Below are positions 10,915 through 23,390 of a stretch of 64,000 bases of DNA, in pieces (the first letter of the stretch is position 1; every line of letters begins with the position of its first letter). The notes beneath the pieces are model-generated. The model saw only the letters and a program-made list of their open reading frames with translations. It did not search any database and was not told where the DNA came from. Location: assembly GCF_018977255.1 (NCBI RefSeq), contig NW_024704742.1:58468001-58532000 (forward strand). Reading direction: 5' to 3'. The translations under genes were made by a program, and so were the position numbers. Origin of the DNA: Callorhinchus milii. Taxonomy: Eukaryota.

Positions 10915-13039
10915 CTGGTATCGAGACGAGAGATCACGGTAATAAAACACTGGCTTTGCGTATGGCTTGAACGTAACCCAGTCCGCTCTGTGGAGCTACT
11001 TCCCGGTAGTGGAACTCATTTTATTGTGGTAAAAGAAGAGGAAAAATTGGCAGGGTTGACCCCACCCTAACTGCGTGCATCTCCTCGATTAGGAGTGGGG
11101 ATGGGCACTGATATTAAGAACCCTTACATCGGATGTTGCACCTTATCATGTCGTTGAGGCATCTCAAAACTCTACACAGGGATTTTACTGTGAATTTAAG
11201 AACAGCCAATTTAAACACAGTAATGACTCACAAACAGCTATTAATTCAATGATCAATTATATCTGGGGAGATTGTTGGTGAAGGCACGGGGAAAAACTCC
11301 CTTCTATTTTTGAATAGTGCTGTGAGATCTTTAGTTGTCCATCTGAACAGGCAGAAAGGACATCTCAAGCGAAGGAAGGTACAGACAATGTAAAACAGCG
11401 TTGATCATAATGTTAATAATAATAACAGTTATAACAACAACAACAGCAATAATAATGATTGTAGTGTTGGCTGAGTTCCAAGTAGCAAAGCAGAGTTTGA
11501 ACCTGACCTTTCTGACTCAGTGGTGAGAGTGCCAGAAACTGGGCCAGGCTCAAACACTGGCTCCCTGACAGCCTGTGGAGACTCTCGTCTGTGTCCACTA
11601 TCTTGGTGTTGAGCTACAGAATCTTCAAAATGGGGAGGCAACGAAAGAGAATCTTTAAAACAAAAATCTGTGATCTCAGTTCTAACCTGCAAATGATCTC
11701 CTTGTGTAACCTCTCCTTCCCCTTTCCCCTCTCCCCCCATGCCATGTAAAACACATCCGAGTTTGGGTTCAGCTTCAAAGCATAACCAAATTCCAAGATA
11801 TAGTAAATGTACTGACTATGAAGGGTTGACTTACTTTGGCTTAAATTCAAATGATTTGTACCATCGAGCTTTCATGCTATGGCAAGCTGAAATCAATATG
11901 TCAGCACAGTTTTGATACATACTAGTTATTGTTACTGAGTTTATTAGAATGACTGAACTTTGCCTATGACTTCTAACCTACATCATAGATCAAAGTCATT
12001 GTAACTTAAGGATGGAGAGCAAAACTACAAGATTGAACATGCTCACTTTAAAGGTGAATTACTATTTTTAATCCAAACTGACGGTTTCCCCCTATAATTT
12101 CTCTCTTTCAGTCTCCCAGAACGACAGTCTGGGAGAACAAGATGTCAGTGACAGGCATCTCTTCAGCTTCCACCATTTACTAAGAGGCCTTGGAGTGTGA
12201 CAAAAAGTGAAATCTCTGTCGTCTCTCTTCCTCCTTGGGAACCAGTGGAAAATCATTGTGTTCTTAGTCTTAAAACTGCTGCTTTAAAATATAAGATCTG
12301 TGGGATTGTGGAAATATAGACTTCATTTGCAAGTCTTGTTTTTCAAGTCTCGAAAAAAGTGGTTTCCAAATAAAAATTGAATTCAAGGCTGTTTTCCAAA
12401 TTTACACACAATCTTAACTTTTTAAGACAATTAATGTTGAGCCTAAAGCATGAGGAATTTCAGTCTCTGTGCAGAGATCCACCCAGGTTGCCTGGCTTTC
12501 AGCAATTGCTCCCTCTTCTCCCTCCAATTATCCCTGTAAAAGTTATTGAAGTTGCAGACACATTGCAAAGCATAGAGCTCTCAAATGCTCTGGATTCCCC
12601 CCCACTCAGAACTCTCTATAATGCTCTATTCAGTGCACACTCTACACAATGAACCTGCAAGAATGGCACAGACCATCTATGAGTGAGCAATTCATGGAAA
12701 CAAATCCTATCCTCATTATAAAACTTACTTGCAGCACTGAAGGTCTCCAAATGAAAATACATGCAGCAGCACTCTCATTATAATCATCTCATTTATTGTG
12801 CTAACTTTGTTTCTCAGTTACCGCACTGTGGCCTCTAACTCTTTCATGTTCCGCAAACATATGAAACTTTCAACACAGTATGGGCCTCATTAGAACACAC
12901 CAACTTGCTTGACTATTTATGATCGATTCACTGTGAACACAGAGGCACGCACATTTCTCTGCTACCCACCTTCTGCACCTCACTCTGCTCAGTACCAAGA
13001 TGGCCATTCTTCTTATAAATTCCAGGCTATTTGACTTTG

Positions 13040-13290
13040 AGGATCAGGGCATCACAGCAGAGCCTGATTCTATCACCAGTCAGAAACACACTTCCCAACA
13101 GCGGTTGCTGGGCAGCAATCAGGAGTAGGAACAATAAACGGTTTGACTTCTCCCAGCTCAGAGGAGCTGAGGTCAGTTGTAATGTCTTAACTGCTACCTT
13201 GGCTGAGAGCAGCAGACTCTACACAAGGGATCAAACTTGTGACCTTCTGATCTTTATGATTAAGTGGTGGACCAGACAATGACTTTATCT
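13040..13290 (-). mobile_element. Old SINE of the same family as 28553-28800
   Basis: Reverse complement shares aggtcacaagtttgatccc...ctcagccaagg...gttcctactcctgattgct...caggctctgctgtgatgccc. Confidence 0.6.
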
Positions 13291-13497
13291 ATTGGGTCAT
13301 TCATTGGTGGAGCCAACCTTTTCGTAAAAGTTTTTCTAAACAGTAACAAACTGGTTGAGAGCAGGTTGCATGCAATCCTATTTTCAGTTTGCTCCAGGCA
13401 CCAGAACAAGCAAAGAATTCTCGACAACGTTAAGAATCCAGAACTTTACGACTGTGAGTGAATGGGATCGTTTTAGAGAAAGGGGAGGGAAATGTAC

Positions 13498-13730
13498 CTT
13501 TCGGACTCATCAGAGAGGCTTCGACAGCTTTGCCACCATCACCACATCGAGCTTCATCGAAGGGCAAACATTGTTCTCCAGTCCCCGCTATCACTTCCAC
13601 ATTTGCCGTCAGATCTTTAGCACCAGTCAGCGACTTTGGGTGATAGATGCGCCGAGTGTTGGTGTCCGAGATGTACAAGTCTCCAGTGACTGGATCAGTT
13701 GCCAGGAAATATCTGTGAGCTGGGTTATTG
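13498..13730 (-). CDS. TENM3: Teneurin-3 coding exon ([26 protein letters not shown]...LMSPK)
   Basis: Acceptor tcacag|CAATAAC, donor AAAG|gtacat; 233 nt, phase 2 to 1. Confidence 0.96.
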
Positions 13731-16700
13731 CTGTGAATATAATATTTTTTATGGGGGGTGAGGGGGGAAAAGAGGAGAGAATGAAGATAATGAAGATAAA
13801 TTGAAGCTGACTGGCTAATTGTTTATGAAAACAATATAATAATAATAACTCAAACAGGCAGAAGAGACCTGTGTGTAACATCTCTTCCAAAGGACACTAT
13901 CTCCCACAATGCAGCTCCCCCCATCACTATTTGGTCTCATCTATTAAATTTTGGTAAAATGCTGAGCAGAACTCTGGCATGTAGCAATAAAGAGCTGAAT
14001 GCAGCACTATCAGAACATTACTGCTATGGAGCAGGGTCGCATATCTGAAGCAGACAGATAAAACCTTTTCAGCTCCCCTTCCTATTTGTGGCCAGATGTA
14101 ATGTAATAATCAACACCGGCAACATGTTACCAGAAAGTTCCATCAGCATTAAAAGAGTGAGACACATCAGGAAAACATTCTAAGAGCATGACTTCTTCAA
14201 CTGTTAGTAGTGAGTTACATCAAAAAGGTTAAACTTTCAACCAAATGAGCGAGTCCCATCTCAAAGGAGTGACACAAAATAGTCCTGCATTTTCCCACTG
14301 CACTCAGGCAATGTATTTTGATTTTCCTGCACGGGTTTCAATGAAGGATGTTTCTATTCGCTCATTTTAAAAAATAAACTATCATCAGTATAATAGTGGA
14401 CTTTCACTTGATTTTAAAAAAATCTAAAAGTTGAGCTCTTGTACTCAATGTAAGTGTCAGAAAGATTGTTCTAAATATATTCAATAACTGTTACATTCAG
14501 ATACCCTTATATAACAGAGGTAACACAGAAACAGCAGCACAATCTCAGAATCCTAACACAGGAACAGTAGCACACATCTTAACTGATTAAGGTAAGGTAG
14601 GGCTTCAGTCATGGAAGGAGGTGTCTCAGAGGGGACCTTACAGAGATACATAACATTGTAAATGGGATAGAGAAAGAAAACCCAGGACAGTACTTTCAGA
14701 TATACCAATGCATTAGAGGAAGAGGACACCGATTTAATGGTGAAGGGCAATTTTACAAATTACACAATGAAGTATAGTAGATCTCTCTTTATAACACGAT
14801 AATTGGGTTTTGTAAAATGCCAAACAGCACTACATTAGGGCGCGATCGCCAGTCAGCACATTCGCATTCACTGTAAATGTGAGCAGAAAGCCTGTTCGTT
14901 CCAATGGCTGGTTGGCTATTAAAAGGCTCATTTCCGTGCACTTCTTGCAACACTATAAATGTACAAACACTATCAATGCAGTGCATCCAGCATCAATAGC
15001 CCCTTTAAATTTTGCAATGTTCTTTGAAGAACAGGCTACACCCCTGGGTCTAATAACATTAGATCAGTGCTGACTGACAGAGCTCTGTCTAGTCACTTCA
15101 TTGTGCATGCACAGAATACCATGAAGATCACGACAAGGGAGATTTTGGAGCAGGAAATATAACTACTGTTTCCTCCATCATATCCTTCGACTTCAAATCA
15201 CTTCTAGCAGTATGCACAAAGACAGGTTGGAGCTGTGAAAATTAGCCATAGCTTGTGAGGGAGTTGGAGTAACAGCAGAACAGTCACTGTGTAACTGAAT
15301 CAATTTCGCTCTGCAATCCGAGATATGAATATTGTAGAAGAACAACTTGCAACAACTTGCATTTATTTAGCGCCCTTCATGTGGGGTAGTGTCTCAGAGC
15401 GTTTAACATTGATGGAGCTTGAATCTGAGCCAAGGAGACAAGAGATGACATTATGCATGGTCAAAGAGGAAGGTCTTCAGGTGTGATTTGAAGACAAACA
15501 AGGAGGGGGCAAGGCAAAGGAATCGAGGCAGAGATATTCCAGAGCATATAGTTCCAGAATATGCAATCAATTTTCTATTTTGCACTGTTATACTATTTTT
15601 CAAAATCCGAATTTGTACATAATTTCAACATGTTTATTTCAACATTAATATTCAAGATATTCAATATTGCATTTAACTGAAGGTGAAACATTGAGAATAA
15701 AGAAATTGTCTATTATTTAGTGCGTAGCTGGGCAAAGAGACTTTCCCCTTTTTGTTTACCTACACATAAAGTCACAGAAAAATAGAAAGATTCTCAAAGA
15801 CGTTGTCAGGAAACAATTTTGGTGACAAATAGGATGTAATGAGAAATGACTCAATGGTAATTAAATGTGAGTGTGCATTGATGATAGATTCAAATTTATT
15901 GAATCATGTTCATTCCAATCATTTATCTTTCAAATCACTTTAATATCTCATGCTGACATCCAAGTGAAATGTGTGGCTTAATGGCTGCAACAAATCATTG
16001 GCACTGGCTGACCCTCTGACTATGTAGCAACACATCAGCCACCTACCAAGATGTGAATGTGTCTTCATTTTATTTAAATTTTTTGTTTCTGGAAAATTCT
16101 GGGAGTAAGCAAATTAAGTTTTTTGGCAAAGGACTGGCAAGCTGAAAGTTGGGTGCTCATTTCCCACCACCATTTGTATCTGAGTCTGTAGAAAGACCAA
16201 GTTCACAAAATCATAAGATTGGATAAAGAAGGTCCTTGACCCCATCTGATCTACTCCTTCCAGAATACCTACTCAACAGTCCACCATCACAGCATCAAGC
16301 TTTTTAGAAAATAAATCCTGTGTTATGGACCTCAATCACCTGGCAACCTGTTGTTAATTACCCTCTGGGTTTAAAAAAAAATTGATGTCTGTCCTGAAAT
16401 TACCCTTTTTCAACTCTAAACCGTGTCCTCTTGTTCTACTATATTGGTGCATCCTGAAGTTAGTGTTCTGGATTGACTTTTTCAACCCCACTTAGAATTT
16501 TAATACACCTTTATAAGGTCCTCTATGAGAGTGAAGAGCCCGAGCTCAAAATTGAACGAGTTGATGTGGAAGAGAAAGTGGAACAAGGGTCCTCCCACTT
16601 ACTGATAACAATACATCTCCAAGTAGCAGAGAAAGCCAGCATCAGGGGGAACGTTAGAAAGAGGTCAACAAGCATCTGTGTCTCTCTCTCTCACCAGGCC

Positions 16701-16817
16701 TGAATTGATGCAGGATAAGTTACACATAAACATTCAGGAATATTTTCAATTCCTTATCCTACACAAATTCAAAACAGTGGCAGCTAACAATTTGTAACAA
16801 TCAGTAGTCGGGAATCG

Positions 16818-18164
16818 TCTGTAGACTATAATATGGGACAATATAAATTCTCACTTTGAAAAATATGGTTTAATAAAGGACAGTCAACATGGATTTGTTA
16901 AAGGCAGATCATGTCTGACAAACCTAATAGAATGTTTTGATGAAGTGACTGAGGTTGGATGAAGGTAGTGCAGTAGACATAGTTTATCTAGATTTTCAAA
17001 AGGCATTTGACAAAGTGCCACATAAGAGACTTATAAACAAAATAGAAGCCCACGGTATTAAAGGGACTGTGGCAACATGGATCCAGAACTGGCTGGGAGA
17101 CAGAAAGCAGAGAGTGGTAGTAAACGGTTGCTTTTCTGACTGGAGTGAGGTGTGTATTGGTGACCCTCAGGGGTCGGTATTGGGACCACTGCTCTTTCTG
17201 ATCTATATTAATGATCTGGGCCTGGATATAGGGAGCACAATTTCCAAATTTGCAGACGATACTAAGCTAGGAAAAGTAGTTAATGGTGAGGAGGATAGCA
17301 CCAGACTCCAAGAGGATTCAGACAGATTGGTAAAATGGACAGAAATGTGGCAGATTAGATTTAATGTGGAGAAATGCGTGTGTTCCATTTTGGTAGGAAG
17401 AATGAGAGGCAGTATAAGCTGATGGTACAATCTTAAAGGGGAATGAACAGAGACCTAGGGGTCCACATAAGCAAATCTCTGAAGGTGGCAGGACAGGTAG
17501 GAAAAGCTGTTAAAAAAGCATATGGGATACTAAGTTTTATAAATAGGGGCATAGAATTCAAAAGTCAGAGGTTATATTGAATATTTATAAAATGCCGGTT
17601 AGGCCTCAGTTGGAGTACTGCGTTCAGTTCTGGGCACTGCACTTTAGGAAAGATGTTAGGGCATTGGAGAGGGTACAAAGGAGGTTTACCAGGATGGTAA
17701 CCGGAATAAAGGATCTTAGTTGTGAGGAGAGGTTAGGGAAACTAGAATGATTCTCCTTGGAGCAGAGAAGATTAAGAGGGGATTTAATAGAGGTTTTCAA
17801 AATCATGAGAGGATTTGATAGGTTGAACCGAGAAACACTGTTTCCATGTGGGTCAGTAACCCGAGGACACCGATTTAAGATAATTGTTAAAAGAAACAAA
17901 GGGGAGGTTAGGAAAAATGTTTTCACCCAGTGAGTTGTTTGGATCTGGAATGCATTACCTGAAAGGGTAGTGGAAGCCGATTCAATAACAACTTTTAAGA
18001 GAGAAGTAGATGGGTATTTGAGGAGAACAGGATTGCAGGGCTATGGAGAGAAAGCGAGCCAGTGGGATTGAGTTGGATTGCTCTTTTCGGAACTGGTGCA
18101 GACACGATGGACCGAATGGTCTCTTTCTGTGCTGTATGATTCTATGATTCTCTATGATTCTATG
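16818..18164 (+). mobile_element. 5'-truncated, decayed CR1-clade LINE (RT C-terminal half plus 3' UTR)
   Basis: ORF 16955..17422 has YLDFQKAFDKVPH, PQGSVLGPLLF and FADDTKL; frameshifts and stops; ends in (ATTCTATG)n tail. Confidence 0.95.
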
Positions 18165-18174
18165 TATTTTGCTG

Positions 18175-18296
18175 ATAGAAGGACTTTAAATGGTATGAGA
18201 ATGAGAATTTTGTTAGACTAAGTGTCTCATATAGAGAAAAACACCAGGGACATGATGGGCTGAATGGCCTGTTTCTATGCTGTAACTATTCTATGA
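18175..18296 (+). mobile_element. Second CR1 3'-end fragment abutting the larger CR1
   Basis: gatgggctgaatggcctgtttctatgctgtaactattctatg resembles the CR1 terminus at 18106-18164. Confidence 0.7.
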
Positions 18297-18510
18297 TGTA
18301 CAGAAGCTGGAGATCTGAACTACCAGTAGAGATATTGGAAATCTAGAGCAGGTCAATCAACATCAGAAAGATAAAGACAGGTTAAAGCTTTTGGATGGGA
18401 TTCAGTTCTTATCAATGATCATACCCAAAATACGACCCAGTTTTTGTTTTTCATTACTGCTGAGCCTGCTGTGTTATGTTTGTGTGGGACGAACTGATGG
18501 ACTGGGGACG

Positions 18511-18555
18511 ACGACGACTTAAATGGACACAACGACGACTTAAATGGACACAACA
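18511..18555. repeat. Tandem duplication of a 21-mer
   Basis: acgacgacttaaatggacaca x2. Confidence 0.85.
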
Positions 18556-19518
18556 CTTTGAGGACTTTGAAACTCTGCATTTTGAAACACTCTTTTTGTT
18601 TGCCTGTGTAACAACATAATTAGATTTTTAGCACACTATAATAATAATAATAATAATCCTTTGTATAGCTCCTTTCACAATGGTAGGATGTCTCAAAGCG
18701 CTTCACAGGATTTACTGTAATGTGCAATTGCTTTGTGTTTACTAGGCAAACCCGTGTGTGCCTTTGTGTGACATTAGCAGAATACATGTCTGGGTAGGAC
18801 CCAATTAATGTTAAGAGTATGGCAACCATTTGGGAGAAACACACTCCAAATGAGGTTTGGAGCAACAAGCAATTTTGTAGGCTGATTTAATTGTCATACA
18901 ATAAAACCAAAATGTGCTCAAGCATTAAGCCAGTAATCGCATCAAACTCAATTAACACCTTATGAATGATACTGAATCCATTAACACGGCAACTGAAAGC
19001 AGAAGAGGGCCCACTGAGACAGGCTAGCAAGGCCATTAATGGAGGGCAATGATTGGTGCTATGTTGGCATGGGGTCGTTTTCTTTTATTCACACTGTTAA
19101 TAAAAAACGAATTACAGAGAGAGCAGAATTTTTTAAAAAATGCTCAAATCATTAAAGGTGCATTAATTCCTGACCATCTGAGTTAAAATAAAGTGCTTTA
19201 TGCAAAATCCAGTAGTCATTTACTGATCCAAGGGGCTCAGCTAAACATCAGCCTGTCTATTTTTGACTACTGCTGTTATGCTATTGTCAGCGCTTAAGAG
19301 GCAAAAGGAAAAGCGAGCTGCCTTCTTTTAAAATACATGACAGTCAGGCTTTCCTTTCGTCAAAACCAGAAAAGCAGCCTCCTGCACTGTAAAACGTAGA
19401 TTAAAAAAACCATCATCTGCAGTCGGCCACTACTCTCAACGGGCGAAACACAAACCAGATGTATTATGAGTGGGTAAAAACAAACAACTGTGGGCCTGAT
19501 GGACACTATCTCACCGGT

Positions 19519-19750
19519 GAGGTAAAATTCCACCTGGCTCCAGATTTAATCTATTTCTGCAGCATTTTAGAGGTGCAGTGTTCTGTTGAATTCACTTTTA
19601 ACTTTGAAGTCCGTTTTCTGTAGTACTTAAAAGAAACTTGCAGAAAAACAGCTTCAAACTAAAAGACTGTATTCAAGAATTTGGGAAACTCTAGATGTTC
19701 TGAAATGTTACATTGAAGGAGTATATTTAGACCATGGTGGAATTTTCTAC
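19519..19750. mobile_element. Palindromic MITE-like element, copy 1
   Basis: Ends aaaattccacctggctccagattta / tatttagaccatggtggaatttt are inverted; interior is also self-complementary; homologous to 58662-58874. Confidence 0.7.
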
Positions 19751-21021
19751 TGTTAGATCTGACACTTTTTCTGCAATAATGTAGCAGAGATGGGGGGGAG
19801 GAAGGATCTTTTTGGTGTCTTGACACGCGGAAACCCATCATAATGCTTAAGAATCTCCAAACTAAACTGCTGAGGGTTTCACTGTGTGTATGGTATACAA
19901 GGTTTATGTTTGTGACCAGCTCCAATTGCCAGGATCGTGAGTGTTTTTTTCAGATTGTATGTTTGTTCTTTTAAATTGTTGAAATGATTCAACAGGGCAG
20001 ATAATTCAAATTTAGCCTGGGTTGTACATTTAGTTTAAACGTTACAATGGACAGCCAGGATTGGATTAAATTAAATCCTAAATAGTCATTGTGTAACTGA
20101 TTAAGCGCTCTGAGATCTGCCCCGCATGAAGGGAGCTATACAAATGCAGGTGATTATTGTTGTTGTTGTTGATTCCGCTCTGTTGAGAGATTTGGGGTGA
20201 AACGCATTTCAAAAGACAGTGAAAAACTTTGAAGGGAAAGAGAAAGCAAAAAGTATGGAACTGCGGTCCCCCAGGGATGAACAGAGAGAGACAGGCCAGA
20301 AAGATGAGGTCAAATCTGATCTGAAGGATTGCAGGGAAGCACAGGGGAGAAAGAGAGAGGCTGACAGGACTCATAAAATACAAGAGAATGGAAAAAAGAC
20401 AAACGAGACATGGAGCAATGCAAATGAATAGCACAAAATAAAGAGGCATAATTGAAATGTGGCCACTTCTGAGTGGAACTTGCAAAATTCATTCATAAGA
20501 TAACAAATTTAGAAGTAACAATTCCTGATTGAAGAAAGCCATGAACAAAAGAGTAGCTAAAACTCCTGCAAGTAAGGTAAGGATTTCCACAAATCCTAAT
20601 AGTAAAAATTCTACTTTGTTGCTGTTTGGAATGGCGTTGGAAAGAAGTGACTTTTTTGTGCCTTGTTATCAAATTTATCTAAAACACAATATGGTTTTAA
20701 AATTTTCCCATGGTCCTCGCTCCTTGACAGATCGACCCCAAAGGATTTGAAAACACTATTTGCACACTCCTTGGTCACTGAATTTGAAATATAATACACC
20801 TGAAGGTCTGAAAGGCAAATTCGATTCAGTGCAGATGTCCAGGATTGGGCCACCGCAATAGGGTTATGAAAACCCTTGACTTACAATCTCAGAATCCCTG
20901 TTGTTTTTGGTAGGCAAGCAAAATTACAGTCTGCGCATGGAGTAAGTTTAAAAGATGTTAAGCCATATAAGCAGAAACAGACAGCATAAAAAACCGAGAT
21001 CCTAACATTAGTATTACTTAC

Positions 21022-21042
21022 CTATGTCTAAAATCTTTATTT
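21022..21042 (-). CDS. TENM3: Teneurin-3 21-nt microexon, NHL splice insert B (R)NKDFRHS
   Basis: ttgctacctaag|AAATAAAGATTTTAGACATAG|gtaagt; symmetric phase 2-2; peptide equals the known vertebrate teneurin beta-propeller insert. Confidence 0.93.
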
Positions 21043-22215
21043 CTTAGGTAGCAATAAAGAGAAGGAAACAGTGAATTAGGTTTGGATAATAAAAGAGGTC
21101 TTCATAAATAAAGTGTATCAACAGCACCATCTCAAAGAAGTTTAAATGGTTAAATTATATCAGACGAACTGCAGTCACATCATTTTAACGTCATGCAAAC
21201 AGCAAACAGTTTCCAGGCAAATCAGTTTTGCCTCACTGCAAGCATGCACTAATGGAAACCTGCAGTGTAAATCGACTTTGACGTGTGCCTCGGCACATTG
21301 ACCGGACATTTGTTCATTTTATCCTTCACAAGAGGGCAGACAGACATTTTTGAACCTGATGGGACTGGTGTTAATGTGTGACCAGCAGTGACCTGAATTG
21401 CTGTTTCACTGTGAGGTTTCCTTATCAAGTCAATGAACTTTCATCTTCCTGCAACATTTCTTGAAAGGGCACAACAAATGAATACAGTTTAATCGGAAAG
21501 AAGTTGTACAATAGTAAATAGCAAATGGATTATTGAAACGATGCAGTTTAATTGGGTGCTAAGTCGGCATTAACTCTAGTAATCCTACATGCTTAGAGAA
21601 ATAGTCAAATTTCAGAAGTGGTACCACATGAGTCCCGAAAGAGACTGTGCTTTTTAATGTCTACCAATGGCTTCAGTGCAGGGGATTGTGTTCATGTCTG
21701 GAACAGGGGCTTCAAGATATCTGTAGCATTTGGCAATCACCCCTTGCCTTAGTCAGCTCCCCATCCCACTATTGCATAATTGAACATTTGGGTTCACGTG
21801 GCCCTGTCAGACAAGATTCAGAGACAAGTAAGAGCTGGCCAGGACCCAGTACAGTACAGAGAGCTCCTGCCGGGCACATCTGCCCATTACGGGATTAAGG
21901 GAACAGTCTTTCTCTGTAATATTTTTTCAATTTCCAAGACTTAAAAGGGACATAAATGATCTTCACTTCTTCGTCTATCCAAGCTTAAGCTAAACAGTGC
22001 TATCAACATTATTCCTGAAACTCTGTTTCAGTTATTCACCTTGTTTTACCCCTGGATGCACGGTTCCTCCTTCCACAAGTACTAATTTACCATGCGGTCT
22101 CTCATATTCTATGTATCTTTTTAAAACATGCTCGCTGCTTATTGAAGCTTTGTTTTTTTCAAAGTGATGTAGACACAGTGGCGATGCAGGACAAGTGATA
22201 TTACTCTGGACCTAC

Positions 22216-22465
22216 CTTAGCTCCAGAATGCTCGTCACATTTCCTGAAGGGTAGATACGACGGATGTAGTTAAAATCACCGACGTACAAGCTGCCGTCAA
22301 TCCCGCACGCCAAAGCTACAGGTGCCAGAAGCTTGTTCCCATCGGCTTGGCCATTGCAGCTTGGACATGAGATGCTGCGTCTCCGTCCACTACCCATAAT
22401 GCTATGGATCACAGCTGGCTGCTGAGATATAAATAGGTTCTCTCCATTTCCCTTATACAGGATAC
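22216..22465 (-). CDS. TENM3: Teneurin-3 coding exon ([17 protein letters not shown]...TSILEL)
   Basis: Acceptor attag|GTATCCTG, donor CTAAG|gtaggt; 250 nt, phase 1 to 2. Confidence 0.96.
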
Positions 22466-22973
22466 CTAATGTGAGAACGATAAGACTAACTTTATCACTG
22501 CCACAAACAATAAGGCATTTCTCTTGATTGCAAACTCATCATCATAAATCACAGCGCACGATTTCAATTTCACATTAGACCACACCAATCAAATCAATTG
22601 ATTAAGACAGTCTCTGCCTCAAGCACTTCAGGAAAGAGAATACAGATTAAATCACCTCCGACTATGAAGGCTGCATCAATCTTCAAATACTAAACTCATT
22701 AGACATTCACCTGTTGGTTTAGCCACTGCTATAGCATAAACAGCGAGATTCAATATCAGACATGTTGGCCAAGTGCACTGGATGAAGGTGGCGTTTATAT
22801 GTCGGGAAAAGGAAATTACATTTAAAATGGTATTTCAATTATGGCTGCTAATTATACGCAGCCTACCAATTAATTGTTCCAGGAAACGCTGTTCTCAAAG
22901 CAATGACGGAGAACAGCAGGGCCAAAATTAACTCTGATCGAACACAAGAGTAATCGACTTGGTAAAATGTTTT

Positions 22974-23390
22974 AATATTCCTTGCATTTGATATAGTGTC
23001 TAATGTCATCGAGACAACTCAAAGTACTTCACAGGATTTACCCTGAAGTGTAGTGACTATTTGTAGATCAATACAGCAGAAAATTTGCACTGAACAACCT
23101 CCCAGAAACTGCCATGGAGATAATTACCAATTTTAATCTGGACGATTGTTGGCTTGGATAATGAGAAAAACTACCTTCTGTTTTTGAATTGATTCTGTTT
23201 GGAATCTTTAGCGTCCACCCGAAAAGGCGGACAGGACCTTGGTTTATTGTCTCATCCGAAGGTCTAACAACACAGCAAATGCCCAGCACTGCACTGGAGT
23301 CTCGGCCAGCCCTAGATTCTGACTTCCAAGTCTTGACGTGGGGCTTGAATACATCCTTCTGACTCAAGAGGTGAGAGTGCTGCCAGCCAA
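22974..23390 (-). mobile_element. Older DeuSINE-like SINE, near full length
   Basis: Minus strand has tRNA-like head, Deu-domain-like ccttcggatgagacaataaaccaaggtcctgtc, and the same 3' tail as the young SINE. Confidence 0.8.

Noticed and set aside
16955..17422. Functional reverse transcriptase or retron-like system
   Set aside because: 5'-truncated CR1 with frameshifts and stops; an ordinary dead LINE
18511..18555. CRISPR-like direct repeats (also the 20-mer pair at about 1392-1432)
   Set aside because: Only two adjacent units, no spacers, eukaryotic intron; simple tandem duplications
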